Virus record (IMG/VR): IMGVR_UViG_3300028840_005170
Span: 1-45,323 of that record
Length of the DNA: 45,323 bases
DNA from: a virus
Taxonomy: Duplodnaviria > Caudoviricetes
Reading direction: 5' to 3' (one strand)
Both the position numbers and the translations under genes were made by a program. The notes beneath the pieces were generated by a model. It was not told the origin of the DNA. It saw only the letters and a list, made by a program, of their open reading frames with translations, and did no database searches. The first letter of the stretch is position 1; every line of letters begins with the position of its first letter. Shown here piece after piece: positions 28,161-36,645 of this stretch.

Positions 28161-28189
28161 AGCATAGCACACGCGGCTAGCAGAGTCAA
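28161..28189 (-). promoter_or_regulatory. sigma70-type promoter of the packaging/structural operon
   Basis: TTGACT-17 bp-TATGCT with an extended -10 TG, ~110 nt upstream of terS. Confidence 0.75.
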
Positions 28190-28366
28190 GAGCGACTTGC
28201 TCCATGTCGCACTATATTTCGCACAAAATTTCCCGTTCCGAATCATTCAAGAACTGGCTGCGAGAATGAGAATGAGAATGGTCCTTTTCACCTTCAACTT
28301 CGTCCCTCTACCCTTCACCCGCAGGCCGACGGCAAAAATCCATGGCTCCATTTCTGCGAGCAGAAA

Positions 28367-28537
28367 CTGTTCAACTATATGTATGTTCGCTCTCCTCTCA
28401 TTTTCACTTCTGCACCTTTCAGCGAGCTGTTCAGAGTCTGAGGATTCTTCGGACATGCATTTTGTTGAACAGTCTCGACCTCGAATCCCGAGTCGCCCGT
28501 TTCCTCCGGAAGGAGGGACATGCATTTAGTTGAACAG
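28367..28537. repeat. Three copies of a 22-bp element (two direct, one inverted) in a lower-GC non-coding gap
   Basis: GGACATGCATTTTGTTGAACAG 28451-28472; GGACATGCATTTAGTTGAACAG 28516-28537; inverted copy CTGTTCAACTATATGTATGTTC 28367-28388. Confidence 0.85.
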
Positions 28538-28538
28538 G

Positions 28539-28937
28539 CTATTCCTCATCTCGCGAGAGATGCCCGAAGGCGTGGTCTCGATGGACGCCATCGAGCTTGC
28601 TGGGCTCGACCTGATAAGCGGCGAGCGTCGTGGTCAGGGCTTTCATGGCCGCACTGAAATCCTCGAGTTGCCGCTGGAAGAGCGGACAGCTTGTGCAGAA
28701 GGAGAACCACAGCGGCTCCGCGCATCGACCGCCACGCATCCCCTGACACTGAAGGGCGTCCGCTCGGGCAGCGTTCACCGTGAGCAGAGCCACGGTCAAT
28801 CGCTGGGCGGCTTCTCGCCGCGGTAGCATGTGAGCGTGCACCAAGACGGCGACGCCATTGAAGGCTCGTTCGAGTTCCTCATCCGAGAGACACCCGAGCG
28901 GGAGCCAGGCTCGGTATCGCTTGAGGCTGCTGGCCAT
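28539..28937 (-). CDS. Hypothetical protein with a Cys cluster
   Basis: SD GGGAGG; CQG...RC...FCTSCP. Confidence 0.65.
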   Translation of the reverse strand: MASSLKRYRAWLPLGCLSDEELERAFNGVAVLVHAHMLPRREAAQRLTVALLTVNAARADALQCQGMRGGRCAEPLWFSFCTSCPLFQRQLEDFSAAMKALTTTLAAYQVEPSKLDGVHRDHAFGHLSRDEE

Positions 28938-28949
28938 GCTCCCTCCCTT

Positions 28950-29333
28950 CTAGGTATCGAATGAGGCTTCGGTACCTGCGTCGATGATGGCGAGCACGTC
29001 GCTCTCCGGCATTATCTGAACGGGCACTCCGTCGAGCTTCACCCAGACGCCTGCGTATTTCGGGAAGAGCACTCGCATCCCGACCTCGAGGGCCACGGGC
29101 CGACGGCCGACCACGATTTTCACACGGTCGAGCGTGTAGGTGCCGACGTCGCGGGCTCGGAGCGAGGCAGCGTCGAGCTTGGCCTCGACCCACTTCCCGG
29201 GGCCCTTGGCGAGCACGACGCCAGCGACCGGTCGCTCCTTCTTGCGGGCCTCATCGGGCAAGATGATGCCGCCGGGCGAATGCGTCGGGGCCTCATCTGG
29301 GCGAATCACTACGTTGTCGTTCATCGGCTTCAC
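28950..29333 (-). CDS. groES: Co-chaperonin GroES with an enlarged roof loop
   Basis: KPMNDNVVI, GGIILPD, GVVLAKGPG, VGMRVLFPKYAG, ESDVLAII; SD AAGGAG. Confidence 0.93.
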   Translation of the reverse strand: MKPMNDNVVIRPDEAPTHSPGGIILPDEARKKERPVAGVVLAKGPGKWVEAKLDAASLRARDVGTYTLDRVKIVVGRRPVALEVGMRVLFPKYAGVWVKLDGVPVQIMPESDVLAIIDAGTEASFDT

Positions 29334-29399
29334 GATTCTGTCTCCTTTCTCCGTGGTGCCCCGCGAACACGAGCCACGCAAGGGCGGTTAGGGCGAACG

Positions 29400-29681
29400 C
29401 TATGATTGTTGCTGTAACCATTCTACGATGATGTCTCCATGGCACATCTCGGGAGCACACCAGCAAGCCAGCCGCTTGCCCTTCAGGGCGAGCACCGCGG
29501 CTCGGAAGCGGGCGTCTCGCTGGATGCGGTCCTCGAAGTAGACGGCATAGCTCCGGAGCACTTGCTCGCGGTCTCCATCGGGGCCAATGACGAATGGATT
29601 CCCGTAGATGGTGACCCGGTCGATGCGGCAGTAAGGGCGAGCCGGCTTATCTCTCAGGTTGACGACCGTCGTCTCAGCCAT
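29400..29681 (-). CDS. DUF4326 family protein
   Basis: IDR..YGNPF..GDREQV..LKGKRLACWCAP..CHGDII. Confidence 0.88.
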   Translation of the reverse strand: MAETTVVNLRDKPARPYCRIDRVTIYGNPFVIGPDGDREQVLRSYAVYFEDRIQRDARFRAAVLALKGKRLACWCAPEMCHGDIIVEWLQQQS

Positions 29682-30403
29682 GCGTCGTATTCCTCCACGG
29701 TATCGAAATCCTGCGTGCCGTCTTCGAGGTGATAGTAGTTCCCGCACCACCAGTGGCGATTCTCGGGAATCCCGTTCCACAGTCGGTAGAGCTGGCGAAT
29801 GCGACCGCGGTAGTAAGTGCGTGGTCGGCCGTCGATGGGCGCGTCCTTCCGGAGTTGCTCCATCAGAGCCATGAGGGCCTTGTGATGCACTTCGGTGTAG
29901 GTCATCCCGAAGATTTCCATGTCATCGCCGACGACCGCGAAGTCCGTCGCGAGCCCGAAAATCAGTTCGAGGCAGGCCTCGGTATAGAGCACGTCCCCGA
30001 GCAAGACGATGGTGCGCGTTGCGGTGCCGAGCTCCAGCTGCGTGCAGTAGATGGAATCGAGGAGCGTCTCGTGGCTCGCGGGATGATGTGTGCTGACGGT
30101 AGCCTTGCCCGTGGCAACAGCGTCGAAACGGGCATGGCGAGCTACGATGACGAGTGGCTGGCCGCCGAGCAGCCTCAGCGTCCGCTCGATGAGCGGCTCG
30201 CCATCGATGTCCACGAATTGCTTGGGCTCCTCGCGAGCCCAGCGAGAGCCGACGCCCGCACACATCAAGAGCACGCGTGTTCGCTCGTGTGTGCCGATGT
30301 GCACCTCGCGGCGACCGCAATTCGAGCAGGTTCTCGTGTCCTCGGAATGCCCGCGGGCTACCGCCAGATACGTGGTGCCGCAGTAGCAACGACGTGTTCT
30401 CAT
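29654..30403 (-). CDS. Sugar/phosphate nucleotidyltransferase (NTP_transf family) with an N-terminal Zn ribbon
   Basis: CYCG..CSNCG, then LMCAGVGSRW..PKQFV..GEPLIERT, LLGDV, DFDT. Confidence 0.82.
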   Translation of the reverse strand: MRTRRCYCGTTYLAVARGHSEDTRTCSNCGRREVHIGTHERTRVLLMCAGVGSRWAREEPKQFVDIDGEPLIERTLRLLGGQPLVIVARHARFDAVATGKATVSTHHPASHETLLDSIYCTQLELGTATRTIVLLGDVLYTEACLELIFGLATDFAVVGDDMEIFGMTYTEVHHKALMALMEQLRKDAPIDGRPRTYYRGRIRQLYRLWNGIPENRHWWCGNYYHLEDGTQDFDTVEEYDAWLRRRSST

Positions 30404-30807
30404 TTGGCCCTCCTCTTGGCTCGCTGTCGCCGACGATACTCGCGAAAGTATTGGCGGCGTGTCTCTTCGGTCCAGCCATCCCGATGATACTCGCTTGGCC
30501 GACCACGCGGAGCGGGCTCCAAGCGATAGGGGCAGTCGGCACACGCCGACTTCGGGAGGTCACAGATGATTCGGTGTTGCAGGTAGCGGGAGCAGTGGTA
30601 GTAGCGGCTCTGTCGCGAGGGCACGTAGTCCCGGCAGAGCGGGCAGACCTTGCGACCGCGACGGTCACAGCCTCCCCGCTTGCAGTTCTCCGCAAAACGC
30701 GTCCCGTCGCTCTCGCGTTCCGGTGGCAGGGATTCGGCTAGCTCGTGGAGTGTCTCGCGTAGAGCAGAGCCAGAATCTGTGTCACGCTTTCCTTCGGATT
30801 CGCACAT
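30400..30807 (-). CDS. Cys-rich hypothetical protein (possible Zn-binding)
   Basis: Multiple CxxC groups, basic C-terminus, ATGA coupling downstream; start uncertain. Confidence 0.5.
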   Translation of the reverse strand: MCESEGKRDTDSGSALRETLHELAESLPPERESDGTRFAENCKRGGCDRRGRKVCPLCRDYVPSRQSRYYHCSRYLQHRIICDLPKSACADCPYRLEPAPRGRPSEYHRDGWTEETRRQYFREYRRRQRAKRRAK

Positions 30808-31127
30808 GCGTACCACCCTCTGTTCATGTCGGTCCCGTCGCCCTTGCAGAATTCGGTGAGGTCGAGCACCCACCCCGGGCCGACCACGAATACCGGGAAT
30901 CCGCGCGTCGCCCACCGCAAGAGCACGAGCCGCTGTCGCCCGCGGAATACGCTGATGTTCCAGCGAGCCGCTGCCTTGAACTCGACCCAGAAGCCGATGC
31001 CGTCTCGCGTGATGCAGGTCCAGTCGGGAAGCCCCGCTTGGTACTTGCTGCCCGCCAGATTTTCGTACTCGACACCGCGCTCCAAGAAGTGCGGCCTGCA
31101 CCTGGCTATGAGTGCCTTCTCCTTCAT
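30738..31127 (-). CDS. VRR-NUC/PD-(D/E)xK nuclease (resolvase-like)
   Basis: MKEK...GLPD...FWVEFK...Q...G.PVFVV. Confidence 0.8.
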   Translation of the reverse strand: MKEKALIARCRPHFLERGVEYENLAGSKYQAGLPDWTCITRDGIGFWVEFKAAARWNISVFRGRQRLVLLRWATRGFPVFVVGPGWVLDLTEFCKGDGTDMNRGWYACANPKESVTQILALLYARHSTS

Positions 31128-31270
31128 GGAATGCAGTGCCTCCAAAGCCAGACGGCCCAGCGACCGGTCACAGTGAGCATCGTGACCGCCAAGAACGCCA
31201 TCACGCCGAAGAAGAAAATCGCCACGATTGCCTCGCCCATCTTGACGAGTGGCTGCTTCTCACTTGCCAT
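31124..31270 (-). CDS. 48-aa membrane peptide (not in the ORF track)
   Basis: MASEKQPLVKMGEAIVAIFFFGVMAFLAVTMLTVTGRWAVWLWRHCIP; SD GGAGG; ATGA coupling. Confidence 0.7.
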   Translation of the reverse strand: MASEKQPLVKMGEAIVAIFFFGVMAFLAVTMLTVTGRWAVWLWRHCIP

Positions 31271-31574
31271 CGGTCTTGCCCTCCAACCAGTTCAGGGTGG
31301 GCCGGAGCTTATCGAGGGCCTCCTCGAGGTCCAGCTCACCGTAGATTCCGACCAAGCGATTCTTGTTCATCGGCTCGTCTCCCCATGGCGAGTCGTCGCC
31401 CTTCGCGTAGAGCCTGACGTTCCAGCCGCTGGGATAGCATCTCGCGGAAATCCGCAGGACCGTACACTCATCTCGCGTGTCGAGTGTGATGGGAAGCCGC
31501 ACGCCAGCCACGCCCCGCTCGCCTCCACGCTGCCGAAGCAGGCTGGCTACCAGGAAATTGAATAGCTCCTCCAT
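31260..31574 (-). CDS. Hypothetical protein, 104 aa
   Basis: TGATG coupling, SD GAGGAG. Confidence 0.65.
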   Translation of the reverse strand: MEELFNFLVASLLRQRGGERGVAGVRLPITLDTRDECTVLRISARCYPSGWNVRLYAKGDDSPWGDEPMNKNRLVGIYGELDLEEALDKLRPTLNWLEGKTDGK

Positions 31575-32038
31575 CAGCGTCTCCTCTCGTTGCTGAGGAC
31601 CAGCGTCCAGGGTACGAGCTTCGTGTAGACGTCGGCGAATCTGAAATCGTGGATGGGATACTTGTAAGGGTCGTAGGGCCAGTCGTGGCAGACCAGGAAT
31701 TCGGCTTCCGCGAACTGCTTGACGTATGGCACGCGCGTGTCGGCGGGCCCCGAGTCCACGAGCACCACGGAGTAGACGAACTCGGGAATCGCCTTTGGGT
31801 CATGTAGCACTAGGTGGCCCTCTGGGCCATCCGTGGCATACTTGGTGGCGGCGCGGAAGTAGTCGGGATTGGTCTCGACGGTCACCAACCGACGCTGCTC
31901 CGCACAGAGTTCGTGGAGCATGGGCGTGGAGAAAAGCCCGGCTCCAAGCTCCAGCACCGGGCCCGTCGTCTTGCACACGCACTCGATGAGAATTGGCAGG
32001 TGCGAAGCATATCCATATTCCTCGTTCGCTGGGAACAT
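31574..32038 (-). CDS. SAM-dependent methyltransferase-like protein
   Basis: VLELGAGLFST, LVTVET, VLVDSG, LVCHD. Confidence 0.7.
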   Translation of the reverse strand: MFPANEEYGYASHLPILIECVCKTTGPVLELGAGLFSTPMLHELCAEQRRLVTVETNPDYFRAATKYATDGPEGHLVLHDPKAIPEFVYSVVLVDSGPADTRVPYVKQFAEAEFLVCHDWPYDPYKYPIHDFRFADVYTKLVPWTLVLSNERRR

Positions 32039-32051
32039 AGCTCGGTCTCCT

Positions 32052-32936
32052 CTACCAGTTGTGAGCGTCTGATGGCAGCTGGCTCGCCACTGCGTACTGT
32101 CGCATCGACTCGGGCTGCCATCCCTTGAACCGCGGGAACTTGAGCTTTCGATTGACCGTCATTTCGTCGAACTCGACAAGACAGACCCGGCCGATGCAGT
32201 CCCGGTCGAGGGCTTTGCGGGTCGCGTCGTCAAAGCCCGTCCCACATCGGCCGAGGTCGTGTTCGTCGCCATGCTCGTCGAGCACCATCAGGTGAATCCC
32301 ATTCGCATCGCCGGCCCACTTGCCCGCTCTCCCGAGACCGAGCCCCACGCAGACCGCGTAGATTCGATGGGGCGGCTTCCACTTGTACCAGTCGTGATAG
32401 AAGTAGCCCTTGAAAACGAAGCCCTCGGTCTTCCATTGACCGGTCTCCGCTGCCTCGCTCCACCATTCCTTGATGCGGTCGAGCGGCGTGTCTCGCGGGA
32501 TGGTCCAGAGACACTCGGGTAGCTCCACGCCCTCGTCGCGACAGCGCTGGCGAGCGGGCGAGTAGAGTTCTGCGGTGAGGTCTTGGCCACGCAATCGGGG
32601 TACCGCGAAGGGCAGGTACCGCAACTGCTCGGGGCATTCCTTGATGGCCGTCGGAATAGCGGTGGCGAGATGGCCCGGCCAGATGAGTTCGCCATCGAAT
32701 ACAGAGTTCGGGACGGTCGGGGCTTGCCACGCCTCGAAGACGATGGCGTCGTCAATTTCCAGTTCGATAACCTGACCGAGCCGGCCGAGCCTGTGCCCGT
32801 GGATTCGCATTACTCGCGAGGTCGCGGAGGTAACGATGCGAGTCCAGCGGCCATCACGCTTCCGCTCCACGTGCAGGAGCTTCGCCATCGCTTTCCCCGG
32901 TCGGTAGCCCTTCTGTGGTCTGTAGATTTCCATCAT
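32052..32936 (-). CDS. ATP-dependent DNA ligase
   Basis: ERKRDGR (KxDG), FDGEL, EGFVFK, WYKWK, CGTGF, LKFPRF. Confidence 0.9.
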   Translation of the reverse strand: MMEIYRPQKGYRPGKAMAKLLHVERKRDGRWTRIVTSATSRVMRIHGHRLGRLGQVIELEIDDAIVFEAWQAPTVPNSVFDGELIWPGHLATAIPTAIKECPEQLRYLPFAVPRLRGQDLTAELYSPARQRCRDEGVELPECLWTIPRDTPLDRIKEWWSEAAETGQWKTEGFVFKGYFYHDWYKWKPPHRIYAVCVGLGLGRAGKWAGDANGIHLMVLDEHGDEHDLGRCGTGFDDATRKALDRDCIGRVCLVEFDEMTVNRKLKFPRFKGWQPESMRQYAVASQLPSDAHNW

Positions 32937-33534
32937 CGGTCTCGTTCCTCCAGCGTTCCAGAGTGAGGCGAGTGTATTCCAGCCACCGCCCGCCAAGGTC
33001 ATCGTGCACCGTGTAGGGGAAGGTTCGCAGGGCTTTCGCCGTGCGAGCATCGATGTCCGTGGAAGCCAGCCAGTTCGGGTGCATAAACTTGACACCCTCC
33101 ACCTTCAGCCCGAGGTCGTCGATGTTCCGGACGATGGCTTGCATGTCCGCATCGGGCAGCGGCAAGCCCAGCGATTCGTAGATGGCGGCATCCACGAGGT
33201 CACTGAATTCCTTGAGCCGCGAGAAGAACGGCTGGAGCGGGCACCTCACATCCCCAACGACTACCTCGTGGGCATCGTGGAGCAAGAGGTGCAAGAGCAA
33301 GAGGGGCTGGTCACCGTATTCTGCTCGGCCCTGCTCGTAGCAGAACATCAGATGGTCCGTCACCTTCGGGCTCTCGCGGTAGCAACAGCCTCCCCATCGT
33401 GGTGTCTGCCCGAGAGCGATGGCGATGTCCGCTAGGTGAATCGCCTCGGGCTTGAGGTCGAGCACGTAGAGTGTCTCGCCACTGGGCATCATCATCGGTA
33501 CAGCCCGCGGCTGCACACCATTCGCGTTGCCCAT
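32854..33534 (-). CDS. HD-domain 5'-deoxynucleotidase (YfbR/YfdR-like)
   Basis: DIAIAL..PRWGG..VTDH..LLHDAHE..GDV..P; SD AAGGAG. Confidence 0.85.
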   Translation of the reverse strand: MGNANGVQPRAVPMMMPSGETLYVLDLKPEAIHLADIAIALGQTPRWGGCCYRESPKVTDHLMFCYEQGRAEYGDQPLLLLHLLLHDAHEVVVGDVRCPLQPFFSRLKEFSDLVDAAIYESLGLPLPDADMQAIVRNIDDLGLKVEGVKFMHPNWLASTDIDARTAKALRTFPYTVHDDLGGRWLEYTRLTLERWRNETDDGNLQTTEGLPTGESDGEAPARGAEA

Positions 33535-33555
33535 CGGTCTCTCCTTTCCAAATCC

Positions 33556-33597
33556 AAAAGAAAAGCCCCGAACCACCATCGCTGGCGGCTCGGGGCT
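33556..33597 (-). terminator. Intrinsic terminator closing the early small-gene cluster
   Basis: AGCCCCGAGCCGCCA-GCGA-TGGTGGTTCGGGGCT followed by TTTCTTTT. Confidence 0.88.
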
Positions 33598-33632
33598 ATG
33601 TGGCCCAAGACTCTGGATGCGTCAACTCGCGT

Positions 33633-34409
33633 TCAGGTTCCATCGCACATGAAGGCGGCTTCGTACCAGTGGATTCCATCCTGCCACTGCTCTCTGAACC
33701 AGGCTTCGTCATAACCTGTTGCTGCCAGGGCAGCCAGGTCATTACCTCGTTCGTCGAGCCAGTTGCGGATGTTTCTCATCCACACCTCAAAGGCGTCGCT
33801 CTCGCAGGTCGCCACGAGCCGGGCGTGCTGGCGAATCGGGTCGGGCTCGTCGGGAGCGGTGAGCCAACCGCGATTCGCGGCGGCACACTCAACTTCCGGG
33901 TCGCGGTCTCCGAATCTCTCCAGCCGAGTCTTCTCGACTCGCAGCTGTTGCAGTTGCTTCTCCAGCTTCCACACCTTCACGAGTTTGCGGGCCTTGCTCA
34001 GGTCCACATCGCTCGGTCGCGGCATGTGATGCCGCTTCGAGTGAGAGCGAAAGCCGCAGACGCAGCGAATGAGGTAGAGCCACAGTTCGCCGTGCCCAGG
34101 AATCTTGATTCCCTTCAAGCAGGATTCGGTCGCCGTCTTCGGAGACCACATCCGCTTGGCAAACACGTGGCAGACCTCGTGGGCGATGGTCTCGTCGTAC
34201 GATTCCATCTTCCCGATTCGCTGGAGCATCGTGGGATAGGCGAGATTGTACTTGCACCAGATGCTGTTCGCCTTGCCCGCGGTGCCGCCCCTGCTCGCCC
34301 AGAACTGGATATCTGGGTCGGCTCGGTTCTTGACCTCCGGCAGGATTGAATCCCGCAGATGGTCCCACCAGTACTGATGCCGCTGTGCCACCCATTCCAC
34401 TACGTCCAT
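33633..34409 (-). CDS. SprT-like zinc metalloprotease
   Basis: TAGKA, DETIAHEVCH (HExxH), GHGELW, RHH; SD TAGGAGG. Confidence 0.82.
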   Translation of the reverse strand: MDVVEWVAQRHQYWWDHLRDSILPEVKNRADPDIQFWASRGGTAGKANSIWCKYNLAYPTMLQRIGKMESYDETIAHEVCHVFAKRMWSPKTATESCLKGIKIPGHGELWLYLIRCVCGFRSHSKRHHMPRPSDVDLSKARKLVKVWKLEKQLQQLRVEKTRLERFGDRDPEVECAAANRGWLTAPDEPDPIRQHARLVATCESDAFEVWMRNIRNWLDERGNDLAALAATGYDEAWFREQWQDGIHWYEAAFMCDGT

Positions 34410-34536
34410 TGGACGTCCTCCTAAATGTGGCAGCCCGCGATGTTGCGAGCTACGCTGTTTACTGTGGCTGGTCCCGCTCACCAGCTTTCGCCGGCAAGCG
34501 GGAACGGTGCTCGCCCGGGAATGGGAGAGGCGAGTG

Positions 34537-34890
34537 TTACTTTGCTTTGCCCTTGAGTCGAGCGAGTTCCAGCTCGGCTTTCGCCAGCTTGGCTTGGAGC
34601 CGCAGGATTTTCTCATCGCGGTCCATCGCTTTCCGGGTGTCCCCGAACTTTCGCTTGAATGCCAGCTCTAGCCCGGTCACGCGGGCTTCGGCTTTCACCA
34701 AGCTCTGCCGGAATTCCGGGAGCTTCGCGGCTTGCTCTTCCGCTTGGCTCACGATGGTGCGAGCAACCTTCGCACCGTGTCGGGCCTGCAGGATTCTCTG
34801 CCAAGCCCGTCGCCGGGCTTCCTTGTGTTTCTTGAGTTCCCGCTTGGCCTTGCTCAACTCAACGACTCTTCCCTTCTTGGCTTTCGCCAT
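34537..34890 (-). CDS. Basic coiled-coil early protein, 117 aa
   Basis: SD TAGGAGG; K/R/A-rich. Confidence 0.8.
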   Translation of the reverse strand: MAKAKKGRVVELSKAKRELKKHKEARRRAWQRILQARHGAKVARTIVSQAEEQAAKLPEFRQSLVKAEARVTGLELAFKRKFGDTRKAMDRDEKILRLQAKLAKAELELARLKGKAK

Positions 34891-34930
34891 CGTACTGCCT
34901 CCTATCTGTGAGAAGGAACGGATGCTACCG

Positions 34931-34972
34931 CTATGGCCCGCAGCCCGGTTTCCCAGGCTGCGAGCATTTGTC
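34931..34972 (-). repeat. Intergenic hairpin motif, copy 4
   Basis: GACAAAT-GCTCGCAGCCTGG-GAAA-CCGGGCTGCGGGC-CATAG. Confidence 0.85.
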
Positions 34973-34999
34973 GTGGCGTGCCGGCGCTGGCGAAGTCGC

Positions 35000-35440
35000 C
35001 TAGCTCTCCTGCTCCTGCTTCTCCTTCTTGAGAAGCTCCAGCTGCTTGGTGAGCTTGTCGATTTTCGCCTGCGTCTTGGAGATGGGGTCGTCCTTCGCCG
35101 CGATGGCCGCCTTCTTCTCCTGCCACTTCAGAATCTGGAAGTCGCAGTAGGCCATCTTCCCGGCCTTGGTCGCGGGGAAGTCGCCCGACCCGAGCTTGCT
35201 CAGGACCAGCTTGCCGTCTTTCTGGAAGACGGGGATGGTCTTGGCCCGGTTCGCAACGCGAACCTTCTTCTTCAGGGCCTTGGTCAGGGCGGCGTCCCGC
35301 TGCTCGGCGGTCAGCGTCTTGACGCTCTCATCCTTCTTCTGGAGCTTGGCCAGGAGATTCTCGCAAACCTCCTTCTGCTCCGGAGCGGTGAGAATGACCG
35401 GCTTGCCGTTCTTGTCCTTGCCTTCGTACTTCTTCGCCAT
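35000..35440 (-). CDS. Lys-rich early protein, 146 aa
   Basis: MAKKYEGKDKNGK...; phage-like codon bias only from this ATG onward. Confidence 0.8.
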   Translation of the reverse strand: MAKKYEGKDKNGKPVILTAPEQKEVCENLLAKLQKKDESVKTLTAEQRDAALTKALKKKVRVANRAKTIPVFQKDGKLVLSKLGSGDFPATKAGKMAYCDFQILKWQEKKAAIAAKDDPISKTQAKIDKLTKQLELLKKEKQEQES

Positions 35441-35454
35441 TGGAATGGCTCCCA

Positions 35455-35569
35455 TCTGTGCCCTCTTCGGGCGTGTGACTCGGTCTCGACCATCACTGCG
35501 ACGGGCGAGCGGGGTCAGGTTCTGATAGCCGCCTCCTAAACGGCTGTCGAGAAAAATGGGACAGACTCG
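35455..35569 (-). ncRNA. Candidate structured leader motif, copy A
   Basis: Shares blocks CGAGTCTGTCCC, TAGGAGGCGGmTATCmGA and CACACGCCC..GGGCACAGA with 36646-36754. Confidence 0.55.
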
Positions 35570-35637
35570 GACTGGTGCTCTCGCCCGCGGTTTGGCGAAC
35601 GAGAGCAACGTGTTGCTGCGAGGGATGATTCGGTCGG

Positions 35638-35892
35638 CTAGACGGTGGGCGGCGGTGCGTCGTATTGTTGCACCACCTCGAAGCACCGATTGACGACCGC
35701 ATTCACCGCGGCATCGCGGCGGAGCTTGGCGAGATTCCGCTCCATGCGGGCGAGCTTGCGAGCCGTCGCATTCGGTTCCAAGCTCGCAGTGTCGGTGCAC
35801 GCTTGCTCGCAGAGAGCCACCCGTTTGACCGCAGCGGCGTAGTCTGCCATTGCGGTCTCGAGGGCGGCCATCCATTGAGGCACGCCTGCCAT
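35638..35892 (-). CDS. Hypothetical early protein, 84 aa
   Basis: SD TAGGAGG within a 21-bp repeat. Confidence 0.75.
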   Translation of the reverse strand: MAGVPQWMAALETAMADYAAAVKRVALCEQACTDTASLEPNATARKLARMERNLAKLRRDAAVNAVVNRCFEVVQQYDAPPPTV

Positions 35893-35946
35893 TGCTCTAC
35901 CTCCTACTCTGTCTTCGGATTGGCAGAGGGCACGTTGCTCTCTGCT

Positions 35947-35988
35947 CTATGGCTGCTCGCCGGCTCTCGCCAGCGGGCAGCATATGTC
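35947..35988 (-). repeat. Intergenic hairpin motif, copy 3
   Basis: GACATAT-GCTGCCCGCTGGC-GAGA-GCCGGCGAGCAGC-CATAG. Confidence 0.85.
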
Positions 35989-36007
35989 GGGCAGCCGGAG
36001 GCTGCGG

Positions 36008-36175
36008 TCAGCAAGCGGCAGCCACTGACTCGTTGAACCGGGTCAGGTGCTTGCAGTGCTTGTGGAACCGCCATCCGGGGCAGGTGCAGTAAATCCTGCC
36101 GTCTCTGCCGAGGCGAATCGAGTAGTAGCGGTCACTGCTCGAACTCTTGTAACGCCTCAGTGCTTTGCCAGCCAT
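36008..36175 (-). CDS. 55-aa SWIM zinc-finger protein (not in the ORF track)
   Basis: MAGKALRRYKSSSSDRYYSIRLGRDGRIYCTCPGWRFHKHCKHLTRF...; CxC..CxH; SD TAGGAGG. Confidence 0.85.
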   Translation of the reverse strand: MAGKALRRYKSSSSDRYYSIRLGRDGRIYCTCPGWRFHKHCKHLTRFNESVAAAC

Positions 36176-36213
36176 CTGCTCTCCTCCTACTCTGTTTTCA
36201 AAGGGACGCCGGG

Positions 36214-36255
36214 ATATGCTCGCCCGCCGCGTTTCGGCAGCGGGCGAGATTTGTC
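36214..36255 (-). repeat. Intergenic hairpin motif, copy 2
   Basis: GACAAAT-CTCGCCCGCTGCC-GAAA-CGCGGCGGGCGAG-CATAT. Confidence 0.85.
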
Positions 36256-36278
36256 AGGCTCGCAAGAGCGCGGCTCGG

Positions 36279-36629
36279 TCAGCCGCCCATGGCCTCGAGC
36301 TTCTTCGTGAGCTTCGCGACCTTGGCTTCGAGGGCCTTGCGGCGAGCGGCCGCGCGGTCGGCTTTCGCCTTCTCCCTCTCGGCCTTCTTTTCGGCCCGCT
36401 CGGCTTCGCGGGCTTCGCGGGTCGCGGCCCGATGGGCCTTCGCCACGGTGCGGTCGACCGCGACCGCCAGCTTCTGGAGCTTCTCGGTCGTGTCGTAGCC
36501 CGCCTTCGTGGCGGCCTGCTCGAGGGCGACGATTGCCTTCTTCACCGCGACCTGCTTGGTCACGATGCTCGCGGGCACCTTCACCTCGGTCGTGGCCTTC
36601 TTGCTCTTGCTCTTCTGTGCCTTCGCCAT
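36279..36629 (-). CDS. Ala/Lys-rich basic coiled-coil early protein, 116 aa
   Basis: SD AAGGAG; histone-like composition. Confidence 0.8.
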   Translation of the reverse strand: MAKAQKSKSKKATTEVKVPASIVTKQVAVKKAIVALEQAATKAGYDTTEKLQKLAVAVDRTVAKAHRAATREAREAERAEKKAEREKAKADRAAARRKALEAKVAKLTKKLEAMGG

Positions 36630-36645
36630 CGTATCGCTCCTTCAG

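Noticed and set aside
27968-28525. Minus-strand ORFs 27968-28246 and 28247-28525
   Set aside because: No SD, atypical composition, and they overlap the predicted promoter and 22-bp boxes
32854-33534. HD hydrolase + MazG + PolA as a 2-aminoadenine (Z-genome) system
   Set aside because: No PurZ/adenylosuccinate-synthetase-like gene seen; the HD protein fits generic YfbR/YfdR-like nucleotidases
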